DNA of 64,000 bases from an uncultured Clostridium sp. (GTDB taxonomy: Bacteria; Bacillota; Clostridia; Clostridiales; Clostridiaceae): contig NZ_CAAGHK010000087.1 of NCBI RefSeq assembly GCF_900769625.1, positions 82,418 to 146,417 of the forward strand. Direction: 5' to 3'. Each line of letters opens with the position of its first letter. Position 1 is the first letter of the stretch. Positions 1-10,537 of the stretch are shown one piece after another. The position numbers and the translations under genes were made by a program. The notes under the pieces were generated by a model, which saw only the letters and a list, made by a program, of their open reading frames with translations, made no database searches and was not told the DNA's origin.

Positions 1-2
1 TC

Positions 3-497
3 AATTCAAATCATTATCCCTTCATATTTGAAGAAGATATGTTTAAATATATAAAATTCAGACTGCTTACCGAAAATGACTGTCTAAAAAATCTTCCTGA
101 TGCTGCTGAAGGTATTGATAACAAAATATATAAAGAAATTTTAAACTGCAGTTCCCTGAGTGAACTTATATTAAAAGTCAAAAGCAAGCGTTACACCTAC
201 ACAAGGATAAACAGAATATTAGCACAATATTTCTTAGGTCTTGATAAATATGATCTTCTATCTCTGACAAAAGAACCTGCACCATATGCACGTGTTCTCG
301 GATTCACATCAAAAGGGCGTGATATTCTCAAAAAAATGAAGGATATATGTAGTATCGATATTATTACAAAAGTACCACGAAAAAATCTTTCCACTCATAT
401 GGAGCTTGATATACTAGGAACAAAAGCTTATTCCATTCTCAATACTGCTGTAAATCCTATGGCTGATTATCTTAATGGCCCCGTAATAATAAAATAA
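3..497 (+). CDS. tmcAL: tRNA(Met) cytidine acetate ligase / YlbM-family nucleotidyltransferase, C-terminal part (5' end outside window)
   Basis: Frame open from window start; KSKRYTYTRINR and YARVLGF motifs typical of YlbM/TmcAL; lies next to ylbJ/coaD as in Firmicutes. Confidence 0.85.
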   Translation, partial: NSNHYPFIFEEDMFKYIKFRLLTENDCLKNLPDAAEGIDNKIYKEILNCSSLSELILKVKSKRYTYTRINRILAQYFLGLDKYDLLSLTKEPAPYARVLGFTSKGRDILKKMKDICSIDIITKVPRKNLSTHMELDILGTKAYSILNTAVNPMADYLNGPVIIK

Positions 498-526
498 TAA
501 TCTGAATTGTACTGTGCATATATATG

Positions 527-650
527 TATAGTAAGCATAATTCGAAAAGTGTCATCGCCACTTTTCGAATTACAGATTTAAGTTAACAGTTTTAATTTCT
601 ATTTCCAAGAAACATCTGTAAGAAATTTCACACTTAAAATGTTGACTATA
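527..650. mobile_element. Candidate MITE-like / palindromic intergenic repeat element (~124 bp)
   Basis: Imperfect terminal inverted repeats TATAGTAAGCAT (527-538) / ATGTTGACTATA (639-650), 10/12 match, with TA-rich ends; internal perfect 14-bp hairpin 538-572; second IR ttacagat/atctgtaa. Confidence 0.4.
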
Positions 651-697
651 TATTGTTAGCTGTACCTAATTTAAGAATAATGAACAGGAGTGGTTAA

Positions 698-1879
698 ATG
701 TTATATATTGCAGTATTATGGCTTTTTATTATTTTATTGACATTATTATTAAAAAAACAAATTGATATAAAAGTGAACTCTATCGTCTGTATAATAATAA
801 CAATATTAATTGTTCTTTTTGTCGCAAATATAAATCAATGCATTACTGCTGCACTTGATGGATGTAAACTGTGGTATAAGGCAATACTGCCGACAACATT
901 TCCTTTTTTGATAATCTGTAATCTCCTTATATCTTATGATGGAATAAGCCTGTATTCGAGATTTTTAGGACCAATAGTATGCCGGCCTCTTTCACTTTCA
1001 AAAAATTGCTCCTTTCCTATTGCTGCAAGTGTTTTATGTGGATATCCCCTCGGTGGTAAATACTGTGCAGACATATATACTATGGGCTATATAGAAAAGG
1101 ATGAATATATACGTCTTCTTAACATAGCATCCAATGTAGGCCCTTTATTTCTTATCGGCTCTGTTGCATCAGCTCTTCTAAATAACATTGCCTTTGGATA
1201 TATTCTGCTGGCTGGTAGCTATATTTCCTGTTTATTCATGGGATTTATAACAAAAAAAAAGAGAACTGTCACTAATACAGTTTCTCTAAAAACTGAACAC
1301 CATTCTTCACCTAATCTTGGTGTTGCAGTAAAAAATTCCATAGAAAATTCAATAACTACAATATTGAATATCGGCGGATTTATCGTTATTTTTTCAGTTA
1401 TTATATCACTAATAAAAAATAATGAATTTATCACATTTATAATTCAGAATATAGAACATTTTTTCAAAATTCCTTCTGGTGCTTTATACTCAGTGCTATT
1501 AGGATCCATTGAAATTACAAATGGATGCAGCATACTTTCATCATTATCAATTTCAATACCGCTGAAACTCAGCCTTATAAGCTTTCTATGCTCATTTTCC
1601 GGACTAGCCATAATCGCTCAGGTAATTTCATTTGTCGGCAATACAGGTATAAATCTCACCAGATATATAATCTTTAAATTTATACAAGGAATTTTTGCTT
1701 TTATAATAACTTATTTTCTTATGATGATAGTACCTTCTTCTGTTTATACATCAAATATTGTAATAATTTCAGAATCACCACTAAATCACTGCCTGATTCC
1801 AGTAATTTTTATGCTTGTACTATCTATCTTATTTAAAATTTTTAATGTTATAATTCCTAGGAATAACACTAACATATAA
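698..1879 (+). CDS. ylbJ: Sporulation integral membrane protein YlbJ
   Basis: Polytopic membrane protein with LCGYPLGGK, GPLFLIG, EITNG and SFSGL motifs; conserved position near coaD. Confidence 0.85.
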   Translation: MLYIAVLWLFIILLTLLLKKQIDIKVNSIVCIIITILIVLFVANINQCITAALDGCKLWYKAILPTTFPFLIICNLLISYDGISLYSRFLGPIVCRPLSLSKNCSFPIAASVLCGYPLGGKYCADIYTMGYIEKDEYIRLLNIASNVGPLFLIGSVASALLNNIAFGYILLAGSYISCLFMGFITKKKRTVTNTVSLKTEHHSSPNLGVAVKNSIENSITTILNIGGFIVIFSVIISLIKNNEFITFIIQNIEHFFKIPSGALYSVLLGSIEITNGCSILSSLSISIPLKLSLISFLCSFSGLAIIAQVISFVGNTGINLTRYIIFKFIQGIFAFIITYFLMMIVPSSVYTSNIVIISESPLNHCLIPVIFMLVLSILFKIFNVIIPRNNTNI

Positions 1880-1950
1880 ATTTTAAAAATCAGACTTTAT
1901 AACATATAAGAATTTCAGCATTAATAATCTAATCCATTGTCAATTGAATA

Positions 1951-2493
1951 CTATTTTTTCATGCTTCTTAATTCTTTCACATTATCCTTTATGACATCGC
2001 TTACGCTATTTAATGTTTTATCAATTTCATTAGCAGCATTTTCAAAATTAACTTGAAGGCCTTCTATCAGCTTCATCTTCTGATATTCAAGTTCTTTATC
2101 TAACCGACTTAAAATTTCATCACTATAGTCTCTTGATCCCAGTCTTATAGCCTTAGCATCTCTCTGTGCTGAGGCTATAATTTCTTCTGCTCTTATTTTA
2201 GCTTCTTTCACTATATTGTGATTTTCTATATTTTTTCTCATCATGCTGGCAGTTTCTTTTTTAACTGAATCATATTCTTTCTTTGCTTCAGTTAAAATTC
2301 TTTCTTTTTCATTCATTATCCATTCAGCTTTTTTAAGCTGATCTGGCAGATAATTTATTATCTGATCAACTGCTTCAAGAATTTCTCTTTTGTCCAGCAT
2401 AATCTTTCCGCTCATAGGTACTTTAGGTGCATTATCAACCACATCTTGTAAATATTCAAGTAATTCAATAATATTTACATCTACTTTATCCAT
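1951..2493 (-). CDS. Conserved coiled-coil protein downstream of coaD (DivIVA/ATP-synthase-b-like)
   Basis: Heptad-rich 180 aa ORF; SD GGGAG before ATG 2493; typical clostridial coaD neighbour. Confidence 0.7.
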   Translation of the reverse strand: MDKVDVNIIELLEYLQDVVDNAPKVPMSGKIMLDKREILEAVDQIINYLPDQLKKAEWIMNEKERILTEAKKEYDSVKKETASMMRKNIENHNIVKEAKIRAEEIIASAQRDAKAIRLGSRDYSDEILSRLDKELEYQKMKLIEGLQVNFENAANEIDKTLNSVSDVIKDNVKELRSMKK

Positions 2494-2507
2494 AAAAAAC
2501 ACTCCCC

Positions 2508-2987
2508 TTAGCTATTTATTCTTGTCAATATATCAGAAACAATTTCTTTTGGAACAAGCCCTTCAATATTTCCACCAAATTTAGCTATCTGTCTGACACA
2601 TGAAGAACTTATATGTAAATTTTCAGGAGAACTCATCATGCATATAGTTTCAATATTTGAATTTAATTCCTTATTGATATATGCCATCTGCAGCTCATAC
2701 TCAAAATCAGTTGAATTTCTAAGCCCTTTCAAAAGTATATCTGCATTGTACTCCTTTAATAAATCAACTAAAAGACCATTGAAGCTTACAACTTCAACAT
2801 TCTCCATATCATATGTTACTCTCTTAATAAGTCTTACTCTCTCGTCTATCTCAAATAAGTGTTTTTTGTCTACATTCATTAATACACCTACGATAATCTT
2901 ATCAAAAATCTTTGCCCCTCTCTTTATAATGTCAAGATGACCATTTGTTATCGGATCAAAGCTTCCAGGATAAACTGCTATACTCAT
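2508..2987 (-). CDS. coaD: Phosphopantetheine adenylyltransferase
   Basis: AVYPGSFDPITNGHLDII, KGLR..DFEYE, ISSS motifs. Confidence 0.97.
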   Translation of the reverse strand: MSIAVYPGSFDPITNGHLDIIKRGAKIFDKIIVGVLMNVDKKHLFEIDERVRLIKRVTYDMENVEVVSFNGLLVDLLKEYNADILLKGLRNSTDFEYELQMAYINKELNSNIETICMMSSPENLHISSSCVRQIAKFGGNIEGLVPKEIVSDILTRINS

Positions 2988-2988
2988 T

Positions 2989-3546
2989 TTATTTCTCCTC
3001 ATATCTATAATAACATACAGTAGTATTTCCATACTTCTTGCTTTTAGAAAGCTTTATGTCATCATATCCTTCATAGATTTCCTCTATTGAATCTATCTTC
3101 GTTACAATTATTCCATCTTCTTTTAATAAATTATGTTCTTTGACAATTTTCATCGCTTCTGGAATCATTTCTTTACAATAAGGGGGATCTATAAATATTA
3201 TGTCAAATCTTTTTCCCTTTGCTGCAAGGTTCTTTAATCCAATATACGCATCAGTTTTTATCGGGAAACAGAAATCTGCAAATTTAAGATTTTTTACATT
3301 TTCCTTTAATAATGGAAAAGTTGTTTCACTTTTATCAAATAAATAGACTTCGCTTGCACCTCTGCTGGCTGCTTCAAGTCCTAAACTTCCTGTCCCCGCA
3401 AAAACATCAACAACAGTTCCTTCTGGTATATATAATTGAATTGTACTGAACATTGCTTCTTTAACTCTATCAAGAGTTGGTCTTGTTTCCATTGTTGCCG
3501 GAGGTATTAATTTATGCCCTCTTGCTTTTCCTGCTATTATTCTCAA
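2989..3546 (-). CDS. rsmD: 16S rRNA m2G966 methyltransferase
   Basis: MRIIAG..RPT.DRVKEAMF, DVFAGTGSLGLEA, DPPY. Confidence 0.95.
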   Translation of the reverse strand: MRIIAGKARGHKLIPPATMETRPTLDRVKEAMFSTIQLYIPEGTVVDVFAGTGSLGLEAASRGASEVYLFDKSETTFPLLKENVKNLKFADFCFPIKTDAYIGLKNLAAKGKRFDIIFIDPPYCKEMIPEAMKIVKEHNLLKEDGIIVTKIDSIEEIYEGYDDIKLSKSKKYGNTTVCYYRYEEK

Positions 3547-3608
3547 GTATATTTCCTCCTTAAGGTATATATTTATTATATTAACATATTTGTGTATAAA
3601 ATTTCAAT

Positions 3609-5642
3609 TTAATTAAAACAAATATATTTACTGCTTCTCTGAAGGTTCTTGCTGATTTCATTTACAAGTTCCCTGTTTATTGGCGAATCATCTTTAAGTA
3701 TATTCTGTGCTTCCAGTGTTGCACATCTGAGAATCTTTATATCCTCATAAAGATCTGCCAGTGCAAATCCTGCGTCACCGCTTTGCTTTCTTCCAAACAT
3801 CTCACCGGCTCCTCTCAGTTTCAGGTCCTGCTCAGAAATTAAAAATCCATCACTTGATTCTGTCATTATCATCATTCTCTTCTTTGTTATATTACCCTTT
3901 GCTTTTGCAATCAATATACAGAATGATTCATACTGACCTCTTCCTACTCTTCCTCTCAGCTGATGAAGCTGTGCGAGTCCAAAACGCTCTGCATTTTCAA
4001 CAATCATCACAGAAGCATTGGGTACATTGACACCAACTTCTATTACTGTCGTTGAAATTAAGACATCAGTTTGATGATTCTTAAATCTAGTTATTATTTC
4101 ATCCTTTTCAGAACCCTTCATTTTTCCATGAAGTATTTCTACACGCTGATTTCTGAATACTGTACTGGTCAGCTTATCATATAAGGTCTCAACGGAATTA
4201 AGCTGCTCCTTTTCGTCTTCCTCTATAAGGGGACATACAATATAAACCTGCCTTCCTTTTTTTATTTCATCATAAGCAAGTTCATATGCAATATCTCTCT
4301 GTGAATCTTCATAATACCTTGTATCAATCTTCTTTCTTCCAGGAGGAAGTTCATCAATTATAGATACATCAAGATCAGAATACATATAAAGTGCCAGTGT
4401 TCTTGGAATAGGTGTTGCCGTCATTACTATACAGTCAGCTTTCTTCCCTTTATTCATAAGCCTGCTTCTCTGTTCAACACCGAATCTATGCTGTTCATCT
4501 GTTATTATAAGACCCAGCTTTCCGAACTCAACATCCTCTTGAAAAAGTGCGTGTGTTCCTATCACTAATATAGGTTCATTGCTCTTTATTCTTTCTTTTA
4601 TTCTCTTCTTTTCCTTGCTACTCGTTCCACCAGTAAGAAGTTCAATTTCAACATTAAAGTCTGCAAACACTTTTTTTGCTTCTTCATAATGCTGAGCTGC
4701 TAGAATTTCAGTTGGAGCCATAAGCACACTTTGATATCCATTCTTTATGATATTAAAAATTGCAATCAGAGCAACTATTGTCTTACCGCTTCCAACATCC
4801 CCCTGAACAAGTCTGTTCATAGGTACTGGAGATTTCTGATCTCGCAATATATCTCTTACAACTTTTGTCTGTGCATTTGTCAGAGGAAATGGAAGGCTTT
4901 CTTTAAATTCCTTTAACGCTTCTGCCCATTCAAAAGCAATTCCTTTTGTATTTTTCTTTAACTGATACTTTAAAAGCAGCAGTTTTAAAGAATATGTAAA
5001 AAGTTCCTGAAACTTAAGCCTTGTTTTTGCTCTTTCAAGCATATTTTTATTTTCTGGGAAATGTATGCTTCTTATTGCCGTATCTAAAGATACAAGCTGA
5101 TACTTTTCTAATATATATTGCGGCATATTCTCTTTAATATTAATATCAATTAGTATATTGTTTATTAATTTTTCAAATAATTTATTGCTTATATCGCCTT
5201 TCAGAGGATATTTAGGAATTATCTCACTTGAAATTGCTTCACCACATGCAATTACAGGACCTACTACTTCGAGCATTTTTCCAACTCTCTTGAATTTACC
5301 CATAAGATTATAAGATTTGCCCATCTGAAAATTATTTTTTACATAAGGCTGATTGAACCACTTTGCACTGACTTTATGATCTCCATATTGAAAATCTATT
5401 GTTGTCAGAAGCTTTCCGTTTTTCGTCCTTACGTCTCTTTTGAATAATTTAGTTTCACATAAAAGAATTAATTTTTCTTCTCCAGTTATCGTTTCAAAAT
5501 CAACATTGCCATCCACAAAGTCATAATCCCGTGGAAAATATAAAAGTATATCCAGAATATTAAAGATACCACATCTGTTTAACTTTTCGGTTGCTTTTGG
5601 TCCTACACCCTTAAGTGTAGATATGCTACTGTATATATCCAT
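3609..5642 (-). CDS. recG: ATP-dependent DNA helicase RecG
   Basis: QGDVGSGKT, DEQHRFGV, MTATPIPRT, QLRGRVGRG, DLKLRG.GE. Confidence 0.98.
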   Translation of the reverse strand: MDIYSSISTLKGVGPKATEKLNRCGIFNILDILLYFPRDYDFVDGNVDFETITGEEKLILLCETKLFKRDVRTKNGKLLTTIDFQYGDHKVSAKWFNQPYVKNNFQMGKSYNLMGKFKRVGKMLEVVGPVIACGEAISSEIIPKYPLKGDISNKLFEKLINNILIDINIKENMPQYILEKYQLVSLDTAIRSIHFPENKNMLERAKTRLKFQELFTYSLKLLLLKYQLKKNTKGIAFEWAEALKEFKESLPFPLTNAQTKVVRDILRDQKSPVPMNRLVQGDVGSGKTIVALIAIFNIIKNGYQSVLMAPTEILAAQHYEEAKKVFADFNVEIELLTGGTSSKEKKRIKERIKSNEPILVIGTHALFQEDVEFGKLGLIITDEQHRFGVEQRSRLMNKGKKADCIVMTATPIPRTLALYMYSDLDVSIIDELPPGRKKIDTRYYEDSQRDIAYELAYDEIKKGRQVYIVCPLIEEDEKEQLNSVETLYDKLTSTVFRNQRVEILHGKMKGSEKDEIITRFKNHQTDVLISTTVIEVGVNVPNASVMIVENAERFGLAQLHQLRGRVGRGQYESFCILIAKAKGNITKKRMMIMTESSDGFLISEQDLKLRGAGEMFGRKQSGDAGFALADLYEDIKILRCATLEAQNILKDDSPINRELVNEISKNLQRSSKYICFN

Positions 5643-5814
5643 ACAAAACCTCCTCTCATAAGTTAATTCTTCTGACTTTAATATCTACTATATCTCTATA
5701 AATAAAGCTTAGTATCACATATACACCTTAAATGTACAGATTACATCTACTTATTTTAATTAAAATAAAAATACAACATAGATAATTGTAATATTTCATA
5801 TGTCATTATGCAAT

Positions 5815-5840
5815 AAAAAAGCACCCTCAGGTGCTTTTTT
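5815..5840 (-). terminator. Intrinsic terminator after fakA (bidirectional type)
   Basis: aaaaaagcacc-ctca-ggtgctttttt. Confidence 0.8.
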
Positions 5841-5844
5841 ATTT

Positions 5845-7500
5845 TTATTCTACTGATAATAAGAAATAGTATAATGGCTGATTTCCTTTATATACTTGTA
5901 TATCAAAATCTTCATATTTTTCTTCAAGTTTATTTTGGAAATTTTCTGCTTCATCATCGCTAACATCGCTGCCATAGTAAACTGCTATAAGTTCACTATC
6001 TTCATCTATCATCTTATCTAATACTTTCATTGCAACTTCTGCATTATCGCTGCCTACTTCTTTAATTTTTCCTTCAACTAAACCAAGCATATTACCTTCT
6101 TTGATTTCAATTCCATCTATTTCAGTGTCTCTAACTGCATAAGTAACCGACCCAGTCTTGACATCTTCAATAGCAGATTGTAATCCATCAAAGTTTTCTT
6201 CAACATCACTATCAGGGTTGAACATAGTAACACATGCTATTCCCTGTGGAATGCTTGTTGTAGGTATTACACGAATATCCTTATCACTTATTTCTGCTGC
6301 CTGATTTGCTGCCATTATTATATTTTTATTGTTTGGAAGAATGAAAATGTGTTCTGCATTTATCTTCTCAACAGCTTCCAGCATATCCTGAGTTGATGGG
6401 TTCATTGTCTGACCACCTTCAATAACATGGTCTACACCTAATTCCTTAAATATGTTTGCAATTCCATCACCCATTGCTACAGTTATAAATCCATATTTTT
6501 TCATTTCTTCGGAAGCTGTCGCAACTTCATCTTCATGTTTCTGGTTTTCTGCTGCTTTAACATCTTTAGCTTCCATTAATAATTCTCTGTGTTCTTCTCT
6601 CATATTATCAATCTTAATTTTTGATAATTCTCCAAGCTTAACAGCATGAGATAAAACTTTACCTGGATCATTTGTATGGATATGAACCTTGATAACATCG
6701 TCATACCCTACAACTATCATTGAATCACCAAGTGGTTCGATAGTATCCTGAAATTCTTTTGCATGGCTTGCATCTCCAAGAATTATGAATTCAGTACAGT
6801 AGCCAAATTTTATGTCAACTTCTGCAGTAGACTGTGCTCCTGTCATTCCGCCTTCTTTAACTGCAATATCCTTTATTTCAGCTTTTATGTCATCTTTTAA
6901 AGATTCATACATACCTTGTAGGATAATATAAAGTCCCATTCCGCCTGAATCTACTACTTTAGCCTTCTTAAGTGCTGGTAGTAATTCTGGCGTCTTATCA
7001 AGCATCACTTTTGCTTCTTTTGTGACTTCATCCATAAATTCTATGATATCTTCAGCTTTACTAGCTACAGCTGCTTCAGAAGCAGCTCTTATAACTGAAA
7101 GTATTGTACCTTCAGTAGGTCTCATTACAGCTTTATATGCTGCCTTAGATCCTTCAAAGAATGCCACTGCAAATTCAGCGCTGTCAACATCAGTTTTATC
7201 TTCTAAGCCCTTAGACATACCTCTAAGAATCTGAGATAAAATAACACCTGAATTACCTCTTGCGCCCATTAAAGCACCCTTTGCCAGCTTTTTAGAAATT
7301 TCTCCTATAGAATCAGTGTTTAAGTTTTCTATTTCTTTTACTGCTGCCTTGAATGTCATAGACATATTAGTTCCAGTATCACCATCTGGTACTGGGAAAA
7401 CATTAAGTGCATTCACGAAATCACTTTCTTCTAATAATCTATTGCTGGCATTGACAACCATGTTATAAAAGTCATGGCCATTAATTCTTTCATATTTCAT
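5845..7500 (-). CDS. fakA: DAK2-domain fatty acid kinase subunit A (YloV)
   Basis: LNVFPVPDGDTGTNM, GARGNSGVILSQ, VVDSGG, YCTEF, GGQTMNPS. Confidence 0.93.
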   Translation of the reverse strand: MKYERINGHDFYNMVVNASNRLLEESDFVNALNVFPVPDGDTGTNMSMTFKAAVKEIENLNTDSIGEISKKLAKGALMGARGNSGVILSQILRGMSKGLEDKTDVDSAEFAVAFFEGSKAAYKAVMRPTEGTILSVIRAASEAAVASKAEDIIEFMDEVTKEAKVMLDKTPELLPALKKAKVVDSGGMGLYIILQGMYESLKDDIKAEIKDIAVKEGGMTGAQSTAEVDIKFGYCTEFIILGDASHAKEFQDTIEPLGDSMIVVGYDDVIKVHIHTNDPGKVLSHAVKLGELSKIKIDNMREEHRELLMEAKDVKAAENQKHEDEVATASEEMKKYGFITVAMGDGIANIFKELGVDHVIEGGQTMNPSTQDMLEAVEKINAEHIFILPNNKNIIMAANQAAEISDKDIRVIPTTSIPQGIACVTMFNPDSDVEENFDGLQSAIEDVKTGSVTYAVRDTEIDGIEIKEGNMLGLVEGKIKEVGSDNAEVAMKVLDKMIDEDSELIAVYYGSDVSDDEAENFQNKLEEKYEDFDIQVYKGNQPLYYFLLSVE

Positions 7501-7514
7501 TTCAGTTAACCCTC

Positions 7515-7865
7515 CTAGACTCTAACCGCTTGCACATTCACTGTGATTGACGAAACCTTAAGTCCAGTATAGTTTTCAACGCTATAACGAACCTTTTGTA
7601 TAATATTATTTGATATAACAGAAATTTTTGTTCCGTATTCAACCATAATAAATAATTCTATTTGCAATCTATCATCATCAGTCAGAACTAATTTTACGCC
7701 TTTGCTTAAGTTTTCTTTTCCAATAAGCTCCCAAAGACCTTCTGTAGGATTCTTTGAAACCATTCCAACTACTCCGTAACATTCCATTGTTGATAACCCA
7801 ACAATTTTTGCCAGAACTTCTTCTGAATAAGTTATCTTACCATTTTCGTTACAAAATCCAACCAT
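7515..7865 (-). CDS. Asp23/Gls24 family protein (YloU)
   Basis: ECYGVVGM, YGTKIS, V.V.V C-terminus; SD GGAGG before ATG 7865; yloU-yloV pair. Confidence 0.9.
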   Translation of the reverse strand: MVGFCNENGKITYSEEVLAKIVGLSTMECYGVVGMVSKNPTEGLWELIGKENLSKGVKLVLTDDDRLQIELFIMVEYGTKISVISNNIIQKVRYSVENYTGLKVSSITVNVQAVRV

Positions 7866-8202
7866 ATATATTCCTCCTATTATCATATCCTATTCTCTAT
7901 TCTATATTATAACACTATTTAATTCAAGTTTTTTGCACGCCTTCCACTCTCATTATTACAATGAGACGCTAGCATTTAATCAAATTATTTATGCAGGCAG
8001 TAATAATAAAAATCATATGAATTATTAAATAGTTTCATTTATGTTATAAAACTATACGTAAGATTCTATTACAATAATTGATTAACTACAATATAATTTT
8101 TTCATTCTTTATATTTTATTCATACTTTTCTTATTATTTTTACACAAACAACTAAAATAATATGCATTTTTGCTATTATCTAAAATTAACTCAAAAAAAC
8201 AC

Positions 8203-8231
8203 TTGCACAATTTTTTTCCCCATGATATAAT
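8203..8231 (+). promoter_or_regulatory. Sigma-A promoter of rpmB
   Basis: TTGCAC-N17-TATAAT with extended TG. Confidence 0.7.
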
Positions 8232-8285
8232 TTCTACTGTCCTATTGAAGATGATTATCTTTGTAATATAAGGAGGTGTTTTCTA

Positions 8286-8477
8286 ATGGCAAGAAGATGC
8301 GAAATTTGTGATAAGGGTGTTGTAGCAGGTGTACAATACAGCCACTCACATCGTCAATCAAAGAGAACTTGGGCTCCTAACATAAAGAAAGTAAAAGCTT
8401 TAGTTAACGGAACACCAAAAACTGTTCATGTATGTACAAGATGCCTTAGATCTGGAAAGGTTCAAAGAGCAATATAG
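8286..8477 (+). CDS. rpmB: 50S ribosomal protein L28 (Cys/Zn type)
   Basis: MARRCEIC..SHS..RTWAPN..VCTRCLRS; SD AAGGAGG. Confidence 0.98.
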   Translation: MARRCEICDKGVVAGVQYSHSHRQSKRTWAPNIKKVKALVNGTPKTVHVCTRCLRSGKVQRAI

Positions 8478-8482
8478 TTCAT

Positions 8483-8524
8483 AATAAGGAATGCAATTGT
8501 TATCCCAATTGCATTCCTTATTTT
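8483..8524 (+). terminator. Intrinsic terminator after rpmB
   Basis: aataaggaatgcaattg / caattgcattccttatt followed by T-run. Confidence 0.8.
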
Positions 8525-8542
8525 ATAAAAAATATTTCTTTG

Positions 8543-8899
8543 TTATGAAACCATTTTTAGCATTTCTTTAATATTATCATTATTCATCTGTTCTATTTTA
8601 TCTACTGCATTTCATATATTTTTCTTATAGCTGCTGCTTATTCCTAAACACTCTGTATATTTTTTATCATTTGAACCTAACTTATCATTTTTATTCTCTT
8701 CCTCAGCAAGTATTTTACAAAGTAAAGTTTTACTCCCATCATCATCTACAAGATACTTAGCATAAAACCTTCATGTACAGTTATAATCTGCTTTCATTTG
8801 TCTTTTGTCTCTTCTTTCTTGCCTCTTTCTGCCTTATCATTAATTTATTGTACTGCTGTAATTTGCAAAATTGTTATTACCAACTGAAATACTACTCAT
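8543..8899 (-). pseudogene. Decayed small hypothetical gene (~120 codons)
   Basis: GGGG SD + ATG at 8899; can be reconstructed as MSSISVGNNNF../NDKAERGKKEETKDK*KQIITVHEGF/YAKYLVDDDGSKTLLCKILAEEE..KNI*NAVDKIEQMNNDNIKEMLKMVS* with about 2 frameshifts and 2 in-frame TGA. Confidence 0.5.
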
Positions 8900-9010
8900 T
8901 TTATAACCCCCATATTTCTAATACTAATATATTCGTTTTATTTTTTTATTTCTTAATTACTATTTATAAAACCGTTCTTAATAATAAATTCCAAGATTCT
9001 TTTACTACAA

Positions 9011-9058
9011 ATAAATAGTCATAAAGAAGATTTAATAATCTGCTTTATGACTATTTAT
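9011..9058 (-). terminator. Long inverted repeat, probable terminator of the operon ending in thiN
   Basis: ataaatagtcataaag-a-agatt / aatct-g-ctttatgactatttat. Confidence 0.55.
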
Positions 9059-9249
9059 ATAAATATTATCGTGTAATCTTAGAGCTATTTATGTATACTC
9101 TACTTTTTCCTTCTAAAAAACTTAATTATATTAGAAAAAAATTTAGGTAGCTTGATAGCAATAATTTTCATGTTAATGCCTCCTATGAATATTAATTTTT
9201 ACACCTTATTATATTAATATTCAAAAGGTACCGAATATGTTCCTAATTT

Positions 9250-9888
9250 TTAATCAATTGAATGAATTATTAATAATTCTCCGCTCTCAAATCTTATATT
9301 GATAGGTATATCAATAAATTCATTACATATAGCCCTTGGATCAAGAAGATGCATATCATAGCTGTCAAGATTATATTTAGCTCCTTTGATATCAAATCCC
9401 TTTACTACATCACTAAGTGCATGAAATGAGATTGTTTCTCCATAAGAACCCTCAATACTCATCTTATTACTCTCTGCTAGGTACATTCTATTATGGTCAT
9501 CAATTATTATCAGTTCTGCACCCTTCTTTTTAGTTGTAAGAATTAGACCTATATTCCCCAACGTATGATCTGCCCTTGTTCCTATCCCTGCAAAAAGATA
9601 AATCTTATCTGCTCCTCTTTTCATTGCTTCCATAATTGCAATTTCAGTATCAGTATAATCTTTTTCAGGTGGAAATTTTATCATCTCAATCCTGCTTTTC
9701 TTCAATTCATCAAGTTTTCCTTCATTAATCGAATCAAAATCTCCAAGAATCACATCTGGAACTATTCCATAATCGTATAAATACTCACTGCCTTTATCTG
9801 CTCCGATGATTAAATCCATATTCTCAACATAAGAATTCAATAATTTTTCTGAAGGCTTATTCCCCCCAGCTACAATAAGCGCTTTCAA
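9250..9888 (-). CDS. thiN: Thiamine diphosphokinase
   Basis: IGADKG, GDFDSI, EKDYTDTE, GTRADHTLGN. Confidence 0.93.
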   Translation of the reverse strand: MKALIVAGGNKPSEKLLNSYVENMDLIIGADKGSEYLYDYGIVPDVILGDFDSINEGKLDELKKSRIEMIKFPPEKDYTDTEIAIMEAMKRGADKIYLFAGIGTRADHTLGNIGLILTTKKKGAELIIIDDHNRMYLAESNKMSIEGSYGETISFHALSDVVKGFDIKGAKYNLDSYDMHLLDPRAICNEFIDIPINIRFESGELLIIHSID

Positions 9889-9892
9889 AACA

Positions 9893-10537
9893 TTACCCCC
9901 TTAAGGCTTTAATATTTTCACTAATATCTCCGCCATTGAATACAGCTGAACCAGCAACAAGAACATTAGCACCTGCTTCAATAATCTCCTTGGCATTACC
10001 GATGCCGACTCCGCCATCTACCTGTATTAAAAGTTCAGGATTTACTTCCCTGCTTAATTCTTTCACTTCTTTAATCTTATCAAGAGAATATGTAATAAAT
10101 TTCTGTCCGCCAAAACCAGGATTTACTGACATTATTAAAACCATATCAAGACTTGCTATCAGATTCTTTAATACACCTACAGGAGTCCCTGGATTTAACG
10201 CAACACCTGCCATTATTCCTTTTGATTTAATATAGTTTATAGTTCTGTCGATATGTCTGTCTGCCTCATAATGAACAGTTATAAGATCTGCTCCGGCAGC
10301 TATAAAATCATCAATGTAGTTGCCTGGATTATCTATCATAAGATGTACATCGAATACTTTATCTGTAAGTTTTCTTATGGATTTCATTATAGGAAAACCA
10401 AAAGATATATTGGGAACAAACGACCCATCCATTACATCTATATGAACAAAATCTGCTCCGCCTTTATCTATCGCCTTTATGTCCTCTCCTAAATTTGAAA
10501 AATCTGCTGATAATATTGATGGTGCAATCTTTACCAT
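9893..10537 (-). CDS. rpe: Ribulose-phosphate 3-epimerase
   Basis: [35 protein letters not shown]. Confidence 0.98.
   Translation of the reverse strand: MVKIAPSILSADFSNLGEDIKAIDKGGADFVHIDVMDGSFVPNISFGFPIMKSIRKLTDKVFDVHLMIDNPGNYIDDFIAAGADLITVHYEADRHIDRTINYIKSKGIMAGVALNPGTPVGVLKNLIASLDMVLIMSVNPGFGGQKFITYSLDKIKEVKELSREVNPELLIQVDGGVGIGNAKEIIEAGANVLVAGSAVFNGGDISENIKALRG

Noticed and set aside
8773..9018. 81-aa plus-strand hydrophobic ORF
   Set aside because: No SD; composition is what the antisense of the decayed minus-strand gene plus T-rich spacer would give
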